Source: Ruditapes philippinarum (taxonomy: Eukaryota). From it: a DNA stretch of 64,000 nucleotides. The position numbers and the translations under genes are program-made. This document shows positions 25,129-37,800 of this stretch, in pieces; positions within the stretch are counted from its first letter, which is position 1; every line of letters begins with the position of its first letter. The DNA is taken from assembly GCF_026571515.1 (NCBI RefSeq), contig NW_026852821.1:62001-126000 (forward strand), read 5' to 3'. Under the pieces are notes generated by a model. It was not told the DNA's origin. It searched no databases and saw only the letters and a program-made list of their open reading frames with translations.

Positions 25129-28100
25129 GTAAGTATCAATAAGATAATTAGATATACATTAGAAACATATTAAGTCAGTTATTGCGTTTATAACATTTAT
25201 AGACAAATGTTACCGAAGTCATAAAAGGAACCTCAATTAAAGTGCCATTTTGTAATATCAGCTATAAAATCGAACGGCTTCGTGATATGCTTATGTCTCT
25301 TATTTTCTTGTCTAATAATTTAAACATTATCCATACTGCACGTTTGTTCAAATTATCCATTACTGATGATTTTTTTTACTTTTACTTTGCTATGCAATGA
25401 ATTTGAAGTAAAATCAAACATGGAAATCAACTTAAAATGTCAGCTATTCATTTGACGTGAGTTTTTCATTAAAAGCATTACTATTAAACCACATTATTTC
25501 AGATTACTTAATTGAATTATGAAATTATTTCTCTTGATATTTTAATAATCCGTTCAAAGCAGTTGGAATATAAGATAATAGCTAATCGGCCCATCTGATA
25601 ACATAAAGTCTTGATATATATACAAACTATGGGTAGACTAAAGAAAAGTATTTATTAATTATTAATAATACACAATAAAAACACGACATTATTTAATCTA
25701 GTACCATTTTGCTTAATTAATTGATAATATTATTGCAAGTAACAATTAGAAAGCTAAATATTATAATGCTTTATACTTTGTAATTTCTTTATGGCTATTT
25801 CTTATTAATATGTTGATTATTGAATTGCAAATCGATATTTAGTGATCAATATGACTATCGAAAGGATTGTATTATTTTCACTATCAATAAAAATGCATAT
25901 TAATTTATTAACAGTAGTAAGTTTCTTCCGACATGTTTAAATGCACAACTTACGGAACCATTGTAGAATACTGTTATACTTATAGTTAGGTTCGGATCAA
26001 TTACAGTCACATTGCCAAAATTATAACAAAGACAATTACACGATGGTTAAATACAATAAATTATATTACCATTCCTCATAAATTCAAAAACATTATACCT
26101 GCTGGTCTTTATGTTAATTAACTCACCTTTTAAATTATTTGAAATAGGGCTTGCATGCCTCCAGATGATCCAATATAAATTAAGAAATCAACCTTGAAAA
26201 ATATGAACTTAGATATTTCAGAAAAGTATGAAAATCTCAATTCAAAAAATAAACTACATATTTTTTGTAATTAATGACTCTTATTGCAGTATCTATCACC
26301 ATGTATATTCTGTGTGACTAACGCAAGAAGGGCTGGCTTTTGTGCATGCCCATTCTTTCGTAGATTTAAAATTTCGTTTGCATTGTCTATAAATGACTTT
26401 CTTTGTTCACTATACAATATTTGACTTTTTAGTACATTTTACAAATGTTCATGAAAGTAAGCAAGGATTTGGATGCATGCTATTTAAACTCAAATACACA
26501 TCAATATCAACTCAATCGTTAACCTTCAGATGTTTAGTTTCATATTCAAATTTAAATTTACATCAAAATGCATGTTTCAAAAAAATAATAGATTATTTTG
26601 TACTTCTATCAGTTTCACCCATCCAGAGCCTGACCAAACTGTATAATGGCAAGGCTCATTGCAGTTTGTTCCTCATTTGTTCGTGTTTTGATGTTGCACT
26701 CCCTTTGATTTTAACAGGATGGTTTCAATTAAATACCATAAGCAATGTCAGCAGAATACGGGTAAAGGCATGTGTTTGGTGATACAGACATACATATATT
26801 AAATACATTGCGAACATATTTAAATTTCTTAATAATAATTCTAATAGTGAATGTTATTTACGTTTTTAAGGTTCGAGCGACTTTAGCAATGTAATAAAAA
26901 CTGTTTAATCGAATCTCAGAATTTATTTCAGTTCTGCACAGGTTATTTATGATACCAATTAGATATTCCATATTTATTACCATCTTGCAGTGTTTATAAT
27001 CCAAGTTAGAAATAGAAGAAGAAAATGGAGAAAGGCAAAGTAATTAAATGATTCTAAAAATTGAAGCAAACAATGTTTATTCTTCAAGTCTAAATTTATA
27101 TCCCTGATCTCATCGATTAAAGGACAAGTGCTGATAATTTTCATGATATTTATGATCCGACCATGAAATACATCTGTCTGACACGCTGTCTTTATAATGG
27201 CATTTGCAATGTCGCCCTTCGATGAACGACGATGCAACGTTACAGTGCAATGTGACGCGATATAATCTTGAGCTAAAGAATAATTGCACCTCATATTAAA
27301 GTTTTAGTAATATTTCAAGATGGTAATTTATTATTCAAATTGAATGTTAAAACGTTTAGTCTGATAAATTTGTATATACTCGTAGATCAAGCAGGTAGGG
27401 TACAACGTAACCCTTGACAAAATATGCCATTCTTACATTTTGCTCTGATATTAACATGAGCGGAATTTTTGTGCTCAGAAATAAATGTTTATCTATGTTA
27501 CAAAGACATTAATACCAAAGATTATAATGCCGTCATATATTTTGAACGTATCATAACGTTTATCTGCAAAGAAGAATCTTAATAACGCTTGTGGCATACT
27601 TCTGCTGAACGCTTTCAATTAAATAAAGAAAGATTTGATATTACGAGTACTTCTTTTTCTTTCAAATCAATGAATTCCTTTAAGAAGTTAGGGTAGGTTT
27701 TTTATTGTTTCGTACTTATAGTACGCAAGCCATATTTTTTCATGATTTGCAGTTTTCATATTAACCGATAATTGAAAGCGAGGCAAAGCTAACATTTGTT
27801 TGTTTGTTTTGTTGTTGTTGTTTTGTCCAAAAAAGCAACATCAACGTGCAATAGACTGGAAAGTGCACACTTGGCCTAAACGACGTTTCCAAAGGTTTTT
27901 ACTTTCATGTAGAGTTAACTGACGTCACACCAATTAAAGAAGATTGACTATAATTAAAACTAATAGCACATAGTAAGCTGAGCATAAAGAACAGATTATT
28001 ATTTGTTGTGCACCATTTATAATATTCGAATTTGATGAGCAAAAATGTAAAAAAAAATACATTAGCGCCAATTACATTAAAATTTGAGGTTATTAATTTG

Positions 28101-31100
28101 TTTATTTAATGTGTGCCTTGGTTTGATTTGATTTAAATGAGAACATTGACTTTTGACGCAAACCAGACACTCTGAATACTGCACGCTGGTACTTTTACAC
28201 ATATGTCAGCATTTTATCTCATGGAACTACTTTGGAATGGAAAATTTCCAATATTGTCAAGTGCATTTCAAATATTTTTTTAAATGCAAAAATGTCTGGA
28301 CTTATACCGATACAAGAGAGGCATTTTGTATTTTTATAAATATATGCCATTAATCAGTTTCTTTAATCAGCACTTCTTTAGTGTTTCGGATTAGGGCATA
28401 AAATATACAATTTTGTCAGATGTTATCATAAATAATTTTGGCACAACATACGACACTTACTATCCACAATTATAACCAATACTATATCCCAATTTGCAGA
28501 AACACCCTAATACTTTCAATTTTTGCTGATCAATATAATGATTGACCTGAGTAAAAATTGTAAAAAATGCACCAAGGTTTACTCTGATAACAAAACGTGA
28601 TACATTTTTTTATTATTTCTATTTAGCTTATATTTTATCACTAATTTGTAGGCTGGTAGGCTGGATGGTATTTTGGCGAAATCAATCTCAAATCATTTTT
28701 GCACGAGGTTTTAGCTCAAATTTAGTGTGTAATAGTCAAACTGTATACATTGCAATTAGTTCAAAGCGATATGTTGTGGAGCGCTATCCTCTTGCATCAA
28801 CAGTTTCTGTATCAAGCAGGAGCATTATTGTTTATGTCTCTGAAACTGTGTTACACTTATTGCATTCACGTAATTAACTGAAAACATGATGAAATTTTTA
28901 CAATTGCTTAGATAAGCCGATTACAAACAGTAATGTTTTGTATATTATGAAATTTTTCAAGACTATGGCCATGGCTATAATAATTGTGTTATCACATTTA
29001 CTAGGTCCTTAGACCTAGATATTCATATCACCATGTACTCCTTTTAAAATTTAATAAAATATGATAGCGTATTTGTTGAACAAAATGACGAAATGTAATG
29101 GAAGTCATAAAAAGGTTTCAATAATATCATATAATTTTTAATCACATAGCTTTTCATTTCTTTCCGTATGGTAGAAAGTGGTGCAATTGCAACGATTTTG
29201 AGTTTAAAATAATGCATATTGTCTACAAAATTATATCTGATAATTATAAAATTGTAATGTTTCTTAATTTCTATTATAATCTGTTTTTATTTTAACGTTA
29301 AATGCTTATCCTTTTTTTATAAAAGTCAATACAATTGCCATAAGCAAATGTTAGATTTGATACTGAACTAATTACGAAGCCTGAAATATTAAAGAAGGAA
29401 AGACTGAATAATTTTATAGGCATTCTCAAAATAAGATAATAATACACATCATTTTCCAATAACAATAAACATTAATGAAGCATGAAATTATATGATGTTT
29501 ATAAAGTTTGTTAAATTTGAAAATAAGTTATTGAAGACAAAATAATTTGATCACACAAAAGACAGTGATATAACACTTAACGTTACAGTGAAAATGTTTA
29601 GTACAAAAGTTGTTTGATTCTAAGCCACCAAGATTTCGAAGATTGGCATTTTCTGATTAAGTGTTTTAGCAGGTGAAATTTTTAAAAACACAAGCAAGAA
29701 ACTTGAAACTTTGTGTTGTCAGAGTTGTTAGCAGACAGGAATTAATTTTAAGACAGATATAGATAAGTATCAAAGATCAAAGAGGTGAAAAGAAAAATAG
29801 TTATGTTTATTGTAGATATTTTTGTAAACTATTATATGCCAATTTCTGGGTGTTCTTCACAACTTATCTCAATAAATTTAAAATATCAAGCATAAGTAAA
29901 TACCAACAATTTATAAGCACTTGAAAGATATTTTGTTTTGGTTAATGCAATAGAAAAAACATGACTATCGCAGAAATGTTTTTGGTGTTGTAAATAGTTA
30001 AGTAGCTGAAAGGAGTTGAAAAGGTTTGCCATGCGCGTCATGTGATTATCTACGAAATAAATAGATATTAAGTACTCGGATGATTGTTTCTTTTAATCAT
30101 AAAACACAATCAAATTCATGCTTTTTATGTGACCGTTTCACTTCTAGTAAATGTACATTCTGACTAAATGTCAATGAAATGAGCCCTGTAACAACAACTG
30201 ATGCAAATTTAAATAGAATCCAGTTCCTACAAGAAAGGTCTTCTACTGACAACATGTTAATAAAACGAAAAGAAAAGCTGCAAGATCACAATCCCTTTTT
30301 GCCATATGGGACAATCCTTTAAGCGCAAGACTTTAGATCGAGAAATATTTTCATTTCAATACAGGGTGACGTAAGACATCAAAGAGTGGTATTAACATTG
30401 TCATTAAAGTATTTTAAGCAAAATAGTTTGAAGCAATGTATTTTATAGCATATTTGCATGATATAATAATGTGTGTACTGTGATTGTTAAAGACATATAA
30501 GATGTGAATTAAAAGAACGTTTTCTGCGCTAGTTTTATATTTACCCTGCGATCCTTTGTAAAATATGGTACTATTTCCAAAAAAAAAACGTCATTTAAAG
30601 GCACATTGTGCCTCAGAATACCATATTTCTTAAATTCTTTAGAAATATCAAGCATATATCTAGTAATATTTTCTAGATGTTAAGCATGTAATTTGTTTAA
30701 CAACTTAAAAAATACTCGCTGACCATGCAGTTATGTGTCATAAAGGTTGCAAAATGTAAAAAAAAAGTTTATTATGACTTCCATTCATAATAATTATCAC
30801 GAGTGCCAACTGACAAAAATAAGCAAACGAACGATAGCCTAGGATTTTTATAGATATTTTGGAAACTGTAAGATACCCAGAATAATTTATAGCATTAATG
30901 AAGCATAATTTTAAGATAACATTACTCTAACTGTATTGAGATGTGTTTATTATTTGATGGCGGACGGAACCAGTTACTTAATTGCAAAATATCATATCTT
31001 TCGGTTGTTTCATTTTTTCCAGAATAATCATTATTTTTGTTTGAAAGAAAAAAAAAACAAAAACAAAAAAACATATACACCCTGGCAATTAATGCACCAA

Positions 31101-31229
31101 ACAAATCATCTAAGGTTAATTTCTTAATTTTTTACAACAATTTGCATATTTTTCTGTATGTACGAGATAGAGAAAATATGTCTTAGGCTTTTGGACCTTG
31201 ACGGAGTTCCATTAAAACGTATTCTACGA

Positions 31230-31375
31230 AACTGTAATTTACGATTTTATATCAAAGCGCAGTAGGTTTTGACCCCTATAGGTTATCTGCCTGGAAATTA
31301 CCGTACCGATTTCATATGAAGAATCAGGGTTATGCCCCTCTCCTGTAGAGCTTGAGCCTCCGATTTCTGGATCTA
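31230..31375 (-). mobile_element. Old SINE fragment (3.2-kb family) within duplication unit 2
   Basis: Reverse complement 'cataaccctgattcttcatatgaaatcggtacggtaatttccagg'. Orthologous to 22075-22225. Confidence 0.5.
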
Positions 31376-34300
31376 AAGAAATACATTTTAATAACAAAAA
31401 AAGAAACAGTTTTAGTTTCAAGGTCAAACAAATTACTGTACTGATATAATATAATCATGGTTATTTTGTAGTGAATTTTAGCGGCATTAATATGTCTAGT
31501 CGGCATAAAATGCGAGAACAGCTAACTTTTGTTTCGTTAATCACTTGTTTACTCAGGAATTTTTCTCTCTGTAGTATGATAAATATATGATATCATAAGC
31601 TTGGTGTCTGCAAATAAATTGGATAATGATACCTTACGATAAACACAAAAGGAAACCGCACAACAGACGACAACTGTGATTACAGAATGTTATTCAGATT
31701 GATAAGTAGCATTATAGTAAGATATTTACAATATTTACAATATTGTATAATGTTAAAAGAATATATAAAAGAATAAATATATTTTCGCAAACAATTTTGG
31801 AAAGTCATCCAGCATTCAAGTCTTTTAGTATTGACATTTAATGTATGTATACTTTCTTGAAATAATGTTTCTTATTTCACTTTAAAATGATGGATGTACC
31901 TTTGTGCAAAAATGTGTAGGCACTATATTTCTGTCAACAGTCACGGTTGACAACTTTGTTTGATAGCCCTCGTGTATATAAATAAAAAACAACAACAAAA
32001 AACAAAACAATCAAAATATCATATTTTACAAGCTGACAGCTTAATATTTAGATACATTTACTTGCAATACTTTTCACTCTGAAATATTGAAAGTTGTTTC
32101 AAGCAACGAATAAATATAAAAAAATAAAAACACTTTACTCTTTGCTCTAGAAGTAAAACATAAGAGAAAAATATTACATTTGACACCATAGAATGACAGT
32201 GACCAACGGCGTTCAACGAACCAAACTTGTCTTTAAAAAAATCCATCCATACTAAGACATTTATTTGAACGACAAACTTTGGCATGCGTTCTTTAACAAG
32301 GTGAAATTCGTATTCAAATTATCTAAATCGAAAATGTTAGGGTCATGTAAGGAGATATGCATTATGTAACAGAGCACTCAACGTTAAAGTTATTGTATAC
32401 TGGAAAACCATCATTGTTCGCGGGGCACCAATCAAAGCTTTTGCTTTTATTTCCATTGTATCACATGCATAAGCACGGAAAGCATCAAATATATACTCAT
32501 AATTAAAGGATGTTTGTATTGAGTTTGTCTTTAGCAGCATGACCACAGGTCGATTTGACTTGTAGTTGCCATACATGTGACGCTATGCACTAAATACATC
32601 ACTATTGTGTCCGTGTAGTATTTTGATAGTTCTGAGAAATTGCAGAAGGAATTAAGTTGTCAAGTCCAACTATTGAGAAAGTATTAAATTGCTCCAAAAA
32701 GCAAATGAAATAAATGCAAACATATTGCAAACAGATTTAACAAATCTTAAGATTTTTGCCTTAAAACATTTTCTCCTTTGATAATGGTTTTTCTTTGATG
32801 TTGATAAAAATTTACATATAGACTAATGTTTAAATTTGATGAACGTCAGAATAATTCAAATGACAATAGAACGGACATATGAATAATAAAAAAAAGAGAT
32901 TTAAATATTAAAGACATTGTCTTAAGAGGATGCTTTACTTGTCAGTACTTTGTTAGTTACAAAAACAATGATGTATATTAAAGATTCATATTTATTTAAG
33001 AATGGGAGTAATGGCCATGGCTAACATAACTTTAAGAATAATTTATAAATTATATTGTAATTTATATAATAATGAAATAGAAAGAAGAAAGCCCTGGGAA
33101 CAGATGCTGACTTGGTTCCTTTGAAATTACAGTAACAACAAAAAAGGCTGGTGGCGAATACTGAAAAACGCCACATGCAGATAAACAATATCATAATATA
33201 TAATTAAATATTGTTATCAAACACAAATGTTTGTTATCATACTATTTCATCACAAAAATGTCATTTTACTATTGGTCACCACACCATCCATTTGTTTTCT
33301 GTAATACCATCAAATCTGTTCAGCATTTGAAATTGTTCATCCACACATAATTGTGAGCCATGACGTGCCGTGCCAGTCTGAAAAACAAACCGAAAAACAC
33401 GACAGCAAACATAAGTAGTGTTAATTTACAATTCATACCTCAATGAGGGAGAGAAGGGCGGGTGCCCAAAATTTCATAAGTAAATAAAACATGAACATGA
33501 ATATTTTACAAAATCTACACCGTCCGAAATTGAATCTTCCCCTATACAAATTGCGAAAGGAAAAGGATGTGCTAAATGCCGGTACGTCATTAGCCGTACC
33601 GCAAATTGAGATTCATTCCCCATGTAACCTGTGCTCAAACAATATTATTGTTTCACTACCTTTACTGCTGGAGGTATAAAAACGCTAAAATAGTCATTGT
33701 TCCCATATGCTACATAATGATGCTTCAGTTTTTATTATAGCTTTTATTTGCATAAAATCTTATCTACAAAATGCCGTAGGGATAAATTGTATCATCACTC
33801 TAATATAGGATATCAAAATGGATTTAATCAGTTATTAAAGAGGTATCCTTAGGCTGTTGTTTTACATCATTTTATACACTAAATTGCTTTTGTTTATGAC
33901 GTTCCTAAAAAAAACAGTGATTAAACGTATATTAAACCGATATTAAATTGATGTAAAATGTAACGAGGTTGCATAAAATGCATTATTTCTGTTTTATACA
34001 CTTTTTGTGCACAAAGGTACTCAGGAAGAAAGCAATGTACCATGAAACCTGTAAAATGATACACGTAAAAATTAAATAGCTTGTTCAATACAAATAAATC
34101 ATATATTTAATCAGCTTCTGTTTAATGTAACACCATTAAATATTCGCATTTTCGTCTCGGTTTCAACAAGCTTGATTTAATCAAACAAAAACACAAGTCG
34201 TGTTTTAACGAGGTCTGGTCTAGGAGATCGTTAAGACTGAATTTATGCTCCCGTATCAAATATTTTCTTTTATTGGAAAACACTCTTAGTTTGGTACTTG

Positions 34301-34448
34301 TGAAGAAAAGAAGAAATTTATTTCGTTTTAAAATGTTGTAACAATAAGTAGTGCCGTATATCTTAACATTAGTTTTGTTATATCAAAACAAAAACATTTT
34401 GGTCAGGAAAAGAAATATTCAGCGATTGACTATTAATAACCATTTGAA

Positions 34449-34827
34449 ATGGAGTTTAACAAAACGCATGGATATTCTTCTTCTGAAAATGGAAGCATTA
34501 ACTTTAACTTTTGGTTTAATTATACCTTTCATGACAATGGTACAGACCTTCCGGAATTCGTATCACCGAGATTGAAAATGGAAGATATGATTACTTTACC
34601 ACTTTATTCTTTGATATTTGTTCTATCCCTTGCGGGCAATTTATTAGTTATTATGACATTGGTTCAAAATAAACGTATGCGAACCATAACAAATATGTTT
34701 CTCTTGAACTTGTCTATCAGTGATCTGCTTTTGGCGGTATTCTGTATGCCGTTCACCATCGTGCCAATTATGTTGAAGAATTTTATTTTTGGAGCAACGA
34801 TGTGCGTTTTGATTAGATACATGCAAA
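34449..34827 (+). CDS. CCK-receptor-like GPCR, first coding exon copy C
   Basis: Paralog of copy B (21 nt differences in 379 by my manual alignment), intact frame, donor A|GTAAGT at 34828, phase 1. Confidence 0.9.
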
Positions 34828-37800
34828 GTAAGTATCAATAAGATAATTAGATATACATTAGAAAAATGTAGTCAGTTATTGCGTTTATAACATTTAAAGA
34901 CAAAATAGTAACGAAGACAGGGGATGAAACCTCAAATACTAATGTTAAGCATAGTGTCGTTTCCTTTCAAATCGAACACCTTGCTATATGCTGAAAATAA
35001 TGATAATAATTGCAACATACGTTTAAAGAGTGTCTGGGTTTTTTCTTGTCTAATAATTTAAACGTTAAGTTTGTTAATTATCGCTTTGGAAATCTTTCAT
35101 TATATGAAATAAATAATCCTAAATGATATGGCCGTCATGGTTTAATAATTGTGATTCGTTTTAACTCACTTTTAAGAAGTCAAAAACTTATGTAATATGA
35201 ATTAAATTACTTGAATTACTCACATTTTAAGTTAATTTCCACGTTTGGTTTTACTTCAAATGTATTGTAGTGCAAGTTAAATCAAGTTTTTTTTTCTTTT
35301 ATTTTTTTTTCACATTATTTATCTAATAATTTGAATTATTAAATTATCCCTCTTGATATTTTAAGCACCCATTTAAAGCAGTTGGAAAATAAGGAAATGA
35401 CCATTCGACGCGTCTGATAACATTAGATAATAATAGCAAACTATGTGCCAACTAAAGACAAATGTATCTAAATAACAAAATTATAATAACAAAATGAAAA
35501 ACGACACCACTTAATCAAGTAACATAAACAAATATTTTATACTGTTTCATTCAAGTACCGCATGAACATGCCTGTAAATTAATTATTACTATATTTACTC
35601 AAGAATAATTTCGACAAACATGTATTAATTTCACGTTAACAACTGATGAAAAATAATAATTAATTTAAAAGTACAATGTCAATTCAAAAAAATTATAATA
35701 GTTATGCTAGCAAAACTATGTACTGGGGTAAAAACAAAATGTACTTTCTTTTACTATTAAATAGCTACAAATCTTGATTGTGATGTTTCGTACGTTAAAT
35801 TTCTGGTCAAGAACATCATGTTATTCAGAAAGACAGGTTAATGTCAGTGTTATCAAGCTTGTCCCAAATCACCATTTTTTCAAAAATAATTATTATTAAG
35901 CTTCATACTGTAATACTTTATACTACTTAATTTATATTGACTTACTGATAAGTTGGTTATTCAATAATTGCAAATTAGTATTGAGTGATCATTCTTTACT
36001 ATATAGTGCATTCTAGTATTTGGCCATCAATAAAAATGCATATTTATCTATTCATTGTTTCAGTGCGTCTTTTTCCGACATGCTTTATGAGAAACGTTGT
36101 AGGAATTAAAATATTAAACCTTTGTATTAGATTAACTGAGAATGTATAGTTGGCTTTAGATCAATTACAATTAAGTTGACAATTATTACAAAATATAATA
36201 CAGTAACATTAGTGTTTAAGACAATGCATTAATAAAGATTCTAGAAATAAGTGTTCTTTTCGTTTTCAAGGTTCTGCGAGCGACTTTAGCAATGTAATAA
36301 AACAGTTTAATTAAATCTCAGAATTTATTTCTGTTCTGAACTGGTTATTTATGATACCAAATTAGTATTCCTTATTTATTACCATCTTGCAGTGTTTATA
36401 ATCCAAGTTAGAAACATAAGAAGAAAATGGAGAAAGGCAAAGTAATTAAATGATTCTAAAAATTGAAGTAAACAATGTTTATTCTTCAAGCCTAAATATA
36501 TATCCTTGATTTGATCGATTAAAGGACAAGTGCTGATAATTTTCATGATATTTATGATCCACCCATGAAATGCATCTGTCTGGCACGCTACCGTTAGTAT
36601 GGCATTTGCATTGTTGCCCGTCTTGCTTTGAGATCGACGAACGACGATGCCACGTGACAGCGTGACAGTCATGTGACCCGATATAATCTTGAGCTATATG
36701 ATTATTGCACCTTACGTATTAAAGTTTTAGAAATATTTCAAGGTGATAATGTATTATCCAAAATGAATGTTGATTTTAACTTTTAGTCTGGGTAGTTTGT
36801 GTATACTCGTAAATAAAGCGGGTAGGGTACAACGTAACCCTTGAATAAGTTTGCCTTTTTATTACACTTTACTCTGATATTTACAGGAGCGAGATTTTGT
36901 TGCACAAAATTAAATGGTTTTCTATGATTTTAAGACAATTTACCAAGAAAATATTGCCACAGATTATAATTCCGTGATATGTTTTGAACGTATCATAATG
37001 TTTATATTAAGAAAACAAAAGAAATATCTTTGGAAAAAACACAATGTTAATGCTTGTAGCATACTTCTGCTTAACACTTTGAATTAAACAAAAAATGATT
37101 TGATCCGACAACTCGTTTTTTCTTCTTTCAAATCCATAAGTTTACATGCTATTCCTTCAAGAAGTTAAGTGCCGGTTTTGTTTATGGTTTCGTACATATT
37201 TTCTTTCATGATTTGCGGTTTTCGTATCAACGGATAAATGTAAGCGAGGCAAAGTTAACATTTGCTTGTTTGTTGGTGTTGTTGTTTTTTCGCAACATCA
37301 ACGCGCAATGGACTGGAAAGTGCACACTTAGCTTAACCGGTTTGTTTTAATGTTTTTTACTTTCATGTAGAGTTTACTGACGTCACACCAATTAAAGATG
37401 ATTTTACTATAATTAAAACTAATAGCACATCGTAAGCTGAGCATAAAGAACAGATTAATACACGTTGTGCACCATTTATAATATTCGAATTTGATGAGCA
37501 AAAATGTTGAGAAATTAGATTAGCGCAAATTACATTAAAATTTGTGGTTATTAATTTGTTTATTTTATGTGTGCCATGGTTTGATTTGATTAAAATGAGA
37601 ACATTGATTTTTGACGCAAACCAGACCCTCTGAATACTGCACTTTGTTGCTTTTACACATCTGTCAGCATTTTATCTCATGGAACTACTTTGGAATGGAA
37701 AATATTCCAATATCGTCAAGTGCATTTCAATTAATTTTTTTTTTAAAAATGTCAAAAATGTCTGGACCAATACCGATACAAGAAAGGCATTTTGTAATTT

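Larger units (their letters stand above)
19590..28930 (+). repeat. Tandem segmental duplication unit 1 (~9.4 kb, contains exon B)
   Basis: Colinear similarity with ~29000-38430: 19590~29000, 20160~29670, 22400~31570, 24370~34030, 26870~36270, 27920~37378, 28900~38400. Boundaries are approximate. Confidence 0.9.

Noticed and set aside
26977-27294. Minus-strand ORF conserved with 36379-36672; also the + strand acceptor-like catcttgcag as candidate exon 2
   Set aside because: Conservation is explained by the segmental duplication. The phase-1 join gives MFIIQVRNRRRKWRKAK*, not TM3.
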